From: Spirochaetia bacterium
GTDB lineage: Bacteria; Spirochaetota; Spirochaetia; DSM-27196; Salinispiraceae
NCBI GenBank assembly: GCA_038204425.1
Contig: JBBRCZ010000002.1
Location: forward strand, 32,001 to 96,000
Length of the DNA stretch: 64,000 nucleotides
Direction: 5' to 3'
A model generated the notes under the pieces. The model was not told the DNA's origin. It was given only the letters and a program-made list of their open reading frames with translations, and searched no databases. Below are positions 1-7,758 of this stretch, piece by piece (within the stretch, counting starts at the first letter, position 1; the number at the start of each line of letters is the position of its first letter). A program made the position numbers and the translations under genes.

Positions 1-419
1 TGCAGTTGGTCCAGCAGCATCAGGTGCAAGGCACTAGGCATAACATCATTGGTAGACTGGTGCAGATTGACATGTTGGTAGACGTCCAAGACTGGTCCTT
101 CACGTTGGGCACTGTGTAAGGCAATGGCCTCGTTGACGTTCATATTTATAGCCGTTCCGGCCCCGCCCATAAATGCATCCAAGCCAAACCATGCTTGCAA
201 GTCTTGGTCATTTAGGCCGTCAAAAAAGTCCAAGGCTGCAATTATGGCTGCAGATTGCGTTTGGTCTAAATGGGCCAAACGGGTATTGCACAAGCAGGCG
301 GCCCGTTTTACCAGTAAAGTGGCGCGCACCAAGGCCAGCGGAACAGGGTAGGGAGAAATATTATACAGTTTTTTGGCTATGGCTGTCTGACTATGCTCTG
401 GAAAAATAATATCGTCCAT
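1..419 (-). CDS. aspA: Aspartate ammonia-lyase / fumarate-lyase family protein, N-terminal part (runs off the window edge; not in the ORF track)
   Basis: Manual translation from ATG at 419 (GGGAGAG RBS upstream): MDDIIFPEHSQTAIAKKLY...DAFMGGAGTAINMNVNEAIA...HVNLHQSTNDVMPSA. This matches the GGAGTxxNMNxNE and HVNxxQSTND motifs of the aspartase/fumarase family. Confidence 0.85.
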   Translation of the reverse strand, partial: MDDIIFPEHSQTAIAKKLYNISPYPVPLALVRATLLVKRAACLCNTRLAHLDQTQSAAIIAALDFFDGLNDQDLQAWFGLDAFMGGAGTAINMNVNEAIALHSAQREGPVLDVYQHVNLHQSTNDVMPSALHLMLLDQL

Positions 420-463
420 CTTAGCTCTCCCGTCATGAGTATCGTGTTTGGCCTTCTTGAGTC

Positions 464-742
464 TCAAGCCTCCAAGCTGCTATGCAGGCCTGACTTTACA
501 CTTACACCGCTAAGTCTGCCCAGTCTCCCACATAAGCTACCAAGCTCGTCTGGTCGGGCATGCACAATCAAAGTAATTACTGACAGCGAATCATTTTCTA
601 CATGTGGTAGGCCCATTCTGCCTTGAATGAGCTCTGCGTGATCGCTCAAGATCTTTTGCACTGCTTGGGTCTGAGCCTCAAGCTTGCTGACGATTATACC
701 CACAAAGCCATAACGTTTGGCATCGGTGCCCTCAACGCTCAT
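464..742 (-). CDS. TM1266-family putative iron-only hydrogenase system regulator (small ACT/NikR-C-like protein)
   Basis: 92 aa with GIIV...ILSDHAELIQGRMGLP...VITLIV...LGRLSGVSVKS pattern; overlaps the hydE stop. Confidence 0.85.
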   Translation of the reverse strand: MSVEGTDAKRYGFVGIIVSKLEAQTQAVQKILSDHAELIQGRMGLPHVENDSLSVITLIVHARPDELGSLCGRLGRLSGVSVKSGLHSSLEA

Positions 743-1944
743 GGCTCTATAACTTCTTGGACCGGTATTAGCGAATCACCATATTGATTATAGGCAACGT
801 GACGCTTGCTGCGCACCACTCGCGCCGCCAAACAATCACGGCATTCGTCAAGTTCGTCGTCTACGCAGGGTTTATTATCATAGAGTTGATACGACTCACG
901 CACCCGACTGGGCGTCACCAAGGGCATCAGAATGTTGGCACCGTATTCCATACCCAACTCGCGACCAAATGGGTGCAGGGCTTGCAGGGCGGTAGTGGCC
1001 GCGACATTACCCTTTGGCATCATAATCCTTGTCAGCGCAATCATGGCAAGCCCCAACTCAAAGCGTGTTCGATCCGGTAACAGTACAGGGTTGGCAATGT
1101 CAGTGGCAAGGTTTTGCTGCGCAAGTAACGCGGCGCCTAGGCTAGTATCCTGATGACGGATGTATGGTCCCATGCCAACCATCTGAACTCTTTCGTCAAA
1201 AAAGAAGTGTAAGTCGTTAACCAAGTCAAGCGCAGTTTGGCCTGGCAGTCCAATCATCACGCCAGTGCCAACTTGGAAGCCGAGCGCCTTGAGCAAACGC
1301 AGATTGTCTATCCTGTCGCTAAGACTACCATCACTAGCAGGATGCAGTTCTTGATAAAGGCGTGCATTGGAAGTTTCTATGCGTAAAAGATAGCGGTGCG
1401 CACCAGCTTTTTTAAAGCGCTGCAAGGCTTGGCTGTCTTGTTCGCCCACACATAAGGTTATACCTAAACCTTGTGGCAAATTGGGTCTGCAGCTGACTTC
1501 TTTAATGCGAACAATTGCAGCTTCCACAAGGTCCACAAAAGCAGGGTCACGCCGTTCGCCAGACTGCAAAGTTAAGGAACCATAGCCATTGTCGGCACAC
1601 CAGCTTGCGGTTTGGCAAATTTCTTCTAATGACAGGGTAAAACGTTCCACCTTTTTGTTGGCAGCCTGGATGCCGCAGTAGCTGCAGTTGCGCACACAGA
1701 GGTTGCTAAATTCTAGCAGTCCCCGGTAATAGACATCCAAGCCGCGCTGCTCGGCCAAGACGGTGCTTGCTCGTTTTTTGAGCGCTGCCAAAAGTTGGTT
1801 GCGCGGGCCCAAGAGAGCGTCGTCAGTTTGCGACAAGAGCCAAAGGATGCCTTGCGCAGAGTTCGAGTCATGGCGACTGGCTGGGCTAACGCTGGTAATG
1901 TAGTCAAGCAATGCCTGCAAGGGCAGACCGCTGCTGGTGGTCAT
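739..1944 (-). CDS. hydE: [FeFe]-hydrogenase maturase HydE (radical SAM)
   Basis: RGLLEFSNLCVRNCSYCGI (CX3CX2C), RYLLRIET, GTGVMIGLPGQ, ATTAL, YQLYDNKPC-X7-CX2C; start placed at the ATGA overlap with the hydG stop. Confidence 0.93.
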   Translation of the reverse strand: MTTSSGLPLQALLDYITSVSPASRHDSNSAQGILWLLSQTDDALLGPRNQLLAALKKRASTVLAEQRGLDVYYRGLLEFSNLCVRNCSYCGIQAANKKVERFTLSLEEICQTASWCADNGYGSLTLQSGERRDPAFVDLVEAAIVRIKEVSCRPNLPQGLGITLCVGEQDSQALQRFKKAGAHRYLLRIETSNARLYQELHPASDGSLSDRIDNLRLLKALGFQVGTGVMIGLPGQTALDLVNDLHFFFDERVQMVGMGPYIRHQDTSLGAALLAQQNLATDIANPVLLPDRTRFELGLAMIALTRIMMPKGNVAATTALQALHPFGRELGMEYGANILMPLVTPSRVRESYQLYDNKPCVDDELDECRDCLAARVVRSKRHVAYNQYGDSLIPVQEVIEP

Positions 1945-3578
1945 AGATAGAGGTCTCGACAACCGTGGATTGTTTTTTGATACATCGGTTCAAACTTGGG
2001 CATAAACTGCGGTAGTTTGTTTTTGGCCTCGGCAAACTCGCGTTGAATAAGGGCCTCACACTTGGCTTTGACTGCATCTGAGGCAAAATCATCAACCCAT
2101 TCTCTAAAGGTTATGATGGCGTTTAGCTTGCAAAGACTGCCTTCAGTGCAGTCGCGTAACATACGCATGATACGATCGCCGGTGCGGCCAACCCGATAAC
2201 CAGCGGTACAAAAGCTGGTTATGTGGCCCATGTCGGCCAGCTCACCAATCAGTTCTTCTAAGCTTCGGTTGTCGCCCAACAAAAATTGTTGCTTTTCAAT
2301 ATCTTGTTCTCCAGCGCCGCGACGTTCAGAATAGGCACCAAGGCCAATCCTAGTGGAAGCGTCCATCTGGGTAATGCCACGGCCGACGGCTGCATTGCGG
2401 ATTGCTGCGCTTTCGCGGGCGGTGCAGATTAAACCGGTGTAGGGAACACAGAGGCGCAAGAGTGTAATGATGCGCAAGAAAGTCTGATCGTCAACTTGCC
2501 AGGTTTTGTCCTCAAGTTCGGGAGCGTTGGATGCCGGTTCTAGCCTAGGGAAGCTGATAGTATGGGCACCAATACCGTTGTAGCGTTTTTCTAGTTCGCG
2601 CGAGTGGCTGATCAGGCCCAAGACTTCGTAACGCCAGTCGTAAAGTCCAAACAAGGCGCCGATGCCCACGTCATCAATGCCAGCGTCCATCGCACGATGC
2701 ATGCAGTACAAGCGCCAACGATAGTCGCCCTTGAGCGTGCCCTTAGGGTGGACGCGTTCAAAAGTGGGGCGGTGGTAGGTTTCTTGAAAGACTTGGTAGG
2801 TGCCCATGCCCACTTCTTTTAGCTGGCTTAGTCGTTCGATACTCATCGGTGCCGCATTGACGTTGACGCGCCTAATGTTGGCGTGACCCTTGCGAGTCGG
2901 AACTTGGACAGAATAGATAGTGTCGATGGCATTGACCATGTAGTTTACGTCGCTGTCGGGGTGTTCGCCAAAGACAACTACTAGACGCTTGTGGCCAAAG
3001 TCTCTGGTTAAGGCTTGGGTCTCGCGTCGTACTTCGTCGAGGCCCACTCGACGCCTGAGCATGCCGCTGTTCTCTTGCCTAAAACCGCAATAGGTACACG
3101 AGTTAACGCATCGATTGCTCAAATACAAAGGTGCAAAGGTCACAATCCGGTTGTCGTAGACTTTCTTCTTTATTGCAAAAGCTGTCTGTTTCATTTCTTC
3201 CCAAGTGTCTGGATTGCGAACACTCATCAATACACTGGCTTCTGCTAGGTCAAGACTCTTGATGTTTTTTGATTTTTCGAGAATCTCACGCACACGTTCT
3301 ATACTTGGTTCGGTTTGTCCACTTCCATCAAGGTTGCTAATCCAAGCTTGGTCGATGCCACTTACCAATGACTCAAGTAGTGGATGGTCAATAAAGTCTC
3401 CGCCTTTTTCGTCCAAGTACCGGTCAATCTGATCTTGTTTAATGATTGTTTTTACCCAGTCACGCGCCTTGACTGTGCCTTCAGCAATGAGCGGTGGCGT
3501 AATGTGTTCTGCAATGTTTTGGTTGTCAACTGCAGCGCGGGCAGTTGAGCTGGCCTTATTGGTGATAGGTTCTTGCAT
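1941..3578 (-). CDS. hydG: [FeFe]-hydrogenase maturase HydG (radical SAM tyrosine lyase)
   Basis: FAPLYLSNRCVNSCTYCGF, FQETYH, DDVGIGALFGLYDWRYE, HTISFPRLEPA, SFCTAGYR, C-terminal RDLYL; AAGGAG RBS. Confidence 0.95.
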   Translation of the reverse strand: MQEPITNKASSTARAAVDNQNIAEHITPPLIAEGTVKARDWVKTIIKQDQIDRYLDEKGGDFIDHPLLESLVSGIDQAWISNLDGSGQTEPSIERVREILEKSKNIKSLDLAEASVLMSVRNPDTWEEMKQTAFAIKKKVYDNRIVTFAPLYLSNRCVNSCTYCGFRQENSGMLRRRVGLDEVRRETQALTRDFGHKRLVVVFGEHPDSDVNYMVNAIDTIYSVQVPTRKGHANIRRVNVNAAPMSIERLSQLKEVGMGTYQVFQETYHRPTFERVHPKGTLKGDYRWRLYCMHRAMDAGIDDVGIGALFGLYDWRYEVLGLISHSRELEKRYNGIGAHTISFPRLEPASNAPELEDKTWQVDDQTFLRIITLLRLCVPYTGLICTARESAAIRNAAVGRGITQMDASTRIGLGAYSERRGAGEQDIEKQQFLLGDNRSLEELIGELADMGHITSFCTAGYRVGRTGDRIMRMLRDCTEGSLCKLNAIITFREWVDDFASDAVKAKCEALIQREFAEAKNKLPQFMPKFEPMYQKTIHGCRDLYL

Positions 3579-3722
3579 AATAGACTCCTTGTGTCATTGG
3601 TGCATGGGCTGAACACAAGCGAGAAGCGTGGCAGGTTTCTTGGTCCTCAGAGCCTAGGCGCTTTGGATTAGGATGTGTTCTTTACTTTTCTGCTAGCCTT
3701 GGCTTACAGATCAGATACCGTA

Positions 3723-3751
3723 ATACTAAACCTGCCAAATGACTCAGTCAA
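3723..3751 (-). promoter_or_regulatory. Sigma70-type promoter of the hyd maturation operon
   Basis: Minus-strand TTGACT-17 nt-TAGTAT; a TGACT-C-AGTCA palindrome overlaps the -35. Confidence 0.5.
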
Positions 3752-3861
3752 TAAAAATTTATAGATTGGAACGACATTTGCGTAAAAAACAAGCAAGGCT
3801 TGATTTAGGTCAATTGAGGTGCCGCTTGACCATATTAGACGATTGGCACTTAATAATAGGT

Positions 3862-4830
3862 ATGATTCTTAAGAAGATAACTTGGTGCTGCATTGCACTC
3901 TCGATTATGTTTCTCTTTTCCTGCGAGCAGCTTGTTGTCACGACAAGCACAAGCATTGTCACGACAAGCTCAACGGTCAAGCTCAGTTCTTACCAATTGA
4001 GTGAGCAAGCGGCTGGGATTACTGATGCCAAACCATATCAGTACTTTTTGTACTCTCCAGACACTTATAGCAACAGCACCTATCCGTTGATCATTTTTCT
4101 ACATGGAGCTGGTGAGAGGGGTGATCCACTTCTAAACAAAGTCATTAACCACGGCCCACTCAAGCCATTTTTCACTATCGGGCATACTCGCGAGCAGATA
4201 CTTGACGTCACCAGTGGTGAGTTTAACAATCTCAATGATAAGGTGCGTGGCAGCTTTGTGGTGGCGCCGCAATGCAGAAACATAGGTGGAAGCAACTGGT
4301 GGCAGCCCGCCAAACTCAAAGTATTGCTCGACGACTTACTTGCGCAATATCCAACAATTGACCAAAAGCGTATTTATATAACCGGGCTTAGCATGGGAGG
4401 TGGGGGTAGCTGGGATTTTGCGCGCCTCAATCCGGGCTATATTGCTGCTCTTATGCCTATTTGTGGAGCGGCGTCTGTGGGACACGCCAACTTGCTCGGC
4501 ATACCAACCTGGACTTTCCACAGTTTTGGAGACGGGACCGTTGGCCTAATGGGCAATACCGTCGAGATCATCGATGAGAGTACGCCAGGAGACATTTCGG
4601 TTATGTCTGACTACCCTCATGTGAGCGGAAACACTAACAACGCCGCCGTCAGCACACAAACGCGCACTTGGTCCAGCGGCACAGGGTTCTCCAGTTGGAC
4701 AAATGGAACCGGCCCTGCAAGCGGACGAATAAATTTAACCGTTTACACCGATAGTAGTCATGATTCCTGGACGCGTAGCTATAGCAACGGTGATGTCTGG
4801 GATTGGTTGTTTTCGCACACTAAACCGTAG
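3862..4830 (+). CDS. Alpha/beta-hydrolase lipoprotein (predicted esterase/phospholipase)
   Basis: Lipobox FLFSC; YPLIIFLHGAGERG, VVAPQC, RIYITGLSMGGGG (GxSxG nucleophile), D.TV and HDSW triad motifs; start moved to ATG 3862. Confidence 0.85.
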   Translation: MILKKITWCCIALSIMFLFSCEQLVVTTSTSIVTTSSTVKLSSYQLSEQAAGITDAKPYQYFLYSPDTYSNSTYPLIIFLHGAGERGDPLLNKVINHGPLKPFFTIGHTREQILDVTSGEFNNLNDKVRGSFVVAPQCRNIGGSNWWQPAKLKVLLDDLLAQYPTIDQKRIYITGLSMGGGGSWDFARLNPGYIAALMPICGAASVGHANLLGIPTWTFHSFGDGTVGLMGNTVEIIDESTPGDISVMSDYPHVSGNTNNAAVSTQTRTWSSGTGFSSWTNGTGPASGRINLTVYTDSSHDSWTRSYSNGDVWDWLFSHTKP

Positions 4831-5019
4831 TAGTTGCTAGTTTTCGTTGATTGCGATTCTTAATCATTGATAAAGTAATGGAATAGATTGGAGAAAATGG
4901 TACTATAGTTAGGTGTGGGTATGCGGAATTCGTATGCCAAGCACCGGTTTGAAGGAGGTTGAGAAGAGATCCCGGCGCGCTATTTATAAAGTATTTAAAA
5001 ATAAAACAGGAGGTCTACC

Positions 5020-7635
5020 ATGACCAAAAAACTTTTTAGATTCACAAGTCTCGCTATCTTATTTTTTGCTAGCCTTGTTTTTGCATTAATCTCATCATGC
5101 TCCGTAGTTGACAGTCCTTTTGATACCAGCTCTGGCAACGCTCAATCTCGTGCTGCTGGTGCCAATCTTTTGGCTAACCCAGGCTTTGAGACATCTGCCG
5201 CCTCCGGCTGGACAGAAACACTCTCGGCTTCTATATATTCTTTTGAGGCAACAGCGGCCGGTGAGTACAAGAGTGGCGCCCAAGCGCGTGGCTATTGGCT
5301 TAACTCGGGCTCTACTGGTACCGTGGAACTAAAGCAAACGGTAAATGTAAGTGCAGGAACTTATAGTGCCAAAGTCTGGACTCGCCTAGACGGTAGTAGT
5401 GCCACCGCCAAAACGCTCAAAATTATCCAAGGTGGCGTTACCAAGGCAACTGCGACCTTGCCAGTCGGCGGAAGCTATGCCCAATCAGTTTTGACCGGCT
5501 TGAGCCTGAGCGCCGGATCGGCAACCTTTCAGATAAATTATACGGTACCAAACGGCAATGTTTACCTTACCGTTGACGACGCTGAGTTTTTTAACGAGAA
5601 CTCAGGCGGCACAACAACAACAACGGTGTCGGGTACCACAACTACTGTCGCCAGTGGCAATACCGTTTATGTTACAAGCGGGGGCAATGACACGACAGGC
5701 AACGGCAGCTCGGGCAACCCGTACCGAACAGTCTTTAAGGCTGCAAGTGTTGCGACCAGCGGCAAGACCATCAACGTTGGATCCGGTACCTTTAACGAAA
5801 CCCAAGTAATCAGCATTCCACTAGGAGTAAGTGTCCAAGGCGCTGGTGCCAACAATACTACCATTAGCCACACGTCTCTCACTGCAAGTGGAGCCGAAGA
5901 TGAGTCAGGATTCTTTATTCGTTTGAGTTCCGGCAGCATGAGCAACGGCAACCAAACACTGACAGCATTTAAAGTTGACGGTCGATCGCGTGCCTTTAAC
6001 GGAATCTTTGTGCAAAATCGCAACAATGTTACCATCAACAATGTCTCAATTAGCAATACTTATGCGGCTGGTGCACGTGTTTTTGCCACCAACTCGAGCG
6101 CCATCAACATGACTGGCATTGTCTTGTCTAATATGACCTTAACCAACACTTCACGAGACTTTGACTTTAATGGCAATGGGTCGTTTGATGCTGGCGATTG
6201 GTCGTCTGGTGCTATCAACATTGGTGGACTAGATGGAGCGCTAGTTTACGGCATAACTATCAACGAAAGTTACGGCTATGGCATTAAGTTTACCAATAAT
6301 GGCTATTTGAAGAACACCAAGATTTATAACTCCACCATTACGGTAAACGAATCTGACGCCTTGTGGGGAGAAGATATCGCCATAGAACTCTGGAACATGG
6401 GTCCTGGCAATGAGATCTACAACGTTAGCGCCAACACTTGGTTCTCTCTGGTAAACCACCCTGGAGTCTATGCTAGCCCAAGTACCGCTGGAGAAAACAT
6501 CAAAGTTTACAACAACCGTATAGTGGACCTTAACGCAAGTTCTGGAAAAGAAGCTATAGAGTTGGCTGTGCCTGGTGTCGCTGTTTACGACAACTTGTTT
6601 CAGAACAAAGGTTTTGGCATGGCAATTTGGGACGCAGGTGGCTATAGAGTCTTGGTTCGCAACAATATTTTCTACAATTCACCCGTTCAAGTCGGAAGCT
6701 GGGGAGCTGATGGAGCGCTATTTATCGCCAATAGTACCGGCAGAACCTACAGTGACATCAACATCTACAACAACGTTTTTGACCGCTACACCAATGCACT
6801 TACTCTGATAAACAGCGGCAGTGGCAGTATAAATGGTGTCAACATCAAGAACAATGTGTTTATGAATGTGACTGGCAAGCATCTAATTGGCGCCGGAACT
6901 AATGTGGTCTTCCAGTACAATCAAACCACCAATACACTCAATCAGACCGGGGCAACAAGCGTATCTAACAACTATGTCTCAAGCACGACTGGCTTTAATG
7001 CCTCGGGCGACCGATTGACCAACTGGTATAAGCCATCCTCTGGCAGCGCATATGTGGTAAACAAGGGAACTGACCTTGGTTATGGCGACGACTTGGGTGC
7101 TTATCAATGGACAGGCGGCGGTACCACCTCTACCACCGTCGGCAGCACCACCACAAGTTCTACCGTTGCAAGTACCACCACAAGTTCTACCTCAACAACT
7201 GTTGGCAGCACCACTACTTCGACCACCATTGCTGGATCATTGGCAGCGGGCACTTATCGAATCGTCAACAAGTTCTCCAACAAGTCGCTTAGAACCAACT
7301 CTTATACTTCTGGACTGTTTAATGCCACTTGGGACTCGAGCAGTATAATGAAGTGGACAGTCACCAAAGTTGGCTCTTACTACAAGCTGCAGAATGTTTC
7401 TAACGGCTACTTTGTTTCTGCAATGGAATACGGTGGACCAACTCACGCAAGCGGCGGAAGCAGCGATGCACAGCAGTTTAACATAGTCTCAGTCGGTGGC
7501 GGTTACTATAAGATATCGCTCAAATCCTACTCTGCTCGTTTTTGGCGAATGGATGACCTATATGACGGCAACAATGTTGGCCTAGCCAACTGGAGCGATG
7601 AGGATCGCTTTAAGTTCCAATTTATCGCGCAATAG
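5020..7635 (+). CDS. Modular lipoprotein: CBM-like domain, right-handed beta-helix, Thr/Ser linker, C-terminal ricin-B-like beta-trefoil
   Basis: AGGAGG RBS; lipobox ISSC; NLLANPGFE; VYVTSGGNDTTGNGSSGNPYRTV (beta-helix N-cap); Asn-ladder repeats (VYNNRI, VRNNIF, IYNNVF, IKNNVF); GTYRIVNKFS trefoil start. Confidence 0.8.
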   Translation: MTKKLFRFTSLAILFFASLVFALISSCSVVDSPFDTSSGNAQSRAAGANLLANPGFETSAASGWTETLSASIYSFEATAAGEYKSGAQARGYWLNSGSTGTVELKQTVNVSAGTYSAKVWTRLDGSSATAKTLKIIQGGVTKATATLPVGGSYAQSVLTGLSLSAGSATFQINYTVPNGNVYLTVDDAEFFNENSGGTTTTTVSGTTTTVASGNTVYVTSGGNDTTGNGSSGNPYRTVFKAASVATSGKTINVGSGTFNETQVISIPLGVSVQGAGANNTTISHTSLTASGAEDESGFFIRLSSGSMSNGNQTLTAFKVDGRSRAFNGIFVQNRNNVTINNVSISNTYAAGARVFATNSSAINMTGIVLSNMTLTNTSRDFDFNGNGSFDAGDWSSGAINIGGLDGALVYGITINESYGYGIKFTNNGYLKNTKIYNSTITVNESDALWGEDIAIELWNMGPGNEIYNVSANTWFSLVNHPGVYASPSTAGENIKVYNNRIVDLNASSGKEAIELAVPGVAVYDNLFQNKGFGMAIWDAGGYRVLVRNNIFYNSPVQVGSWGADGALFIANSTGRTYSDINIYNNVFDRYTNALTLINSGSGSINGVNIKNNVFMNVTGKHLIGAGTNVVFQYNQTTNTLNQTGATSVSNNYVSSTTGFNASGDRLTNWYKPSSGSAYVVNKGTDLGYGDDLGAYQWTGGGTTSTTVGSTTTSSTVASTTTSSTSTTVGSTTTSTTIAGSLAAGTYRIVNKFSNKSLRTNSYTSGLFNATWDSSSIMKWTVTKVGSYYKLQNVSNGYFVSAMEYGGPTHASGGSSDAQQFNIVSVGGGYYKISLKSYSARFWRMDDLYDGNNVGLANWSDEDRFKFQFIAQ

Positions 7636-7676
7636 TATTAACAGACAGCCCTGCAAAAAGGCCGTTAGAAAGCGCT

Positions 7677-7712
7677 AAAGCCACCCTAGGAACAACCTAG
7701 GGTGGCTTTTTT
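7677..7712 (+). terminator. Intrinsic terminator, possibly bidirectional
   Basis: AAAGCCACCCTAGG-AACAA-CCTAGGGTGGCTTTTTT between convergent genes. Confidence 0.9.
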
Positions 7713-7758
7713 GTGCGCGAAAAAAAAATCACCCCCCGCGCGCCATGAGAAATCCAAT

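Noticed and set aside
1..419. hydF expected downstream of hydE
   Set aside because: Translation shows aspartase/fumarase motifs and no GTPase P-loop in the visible part.
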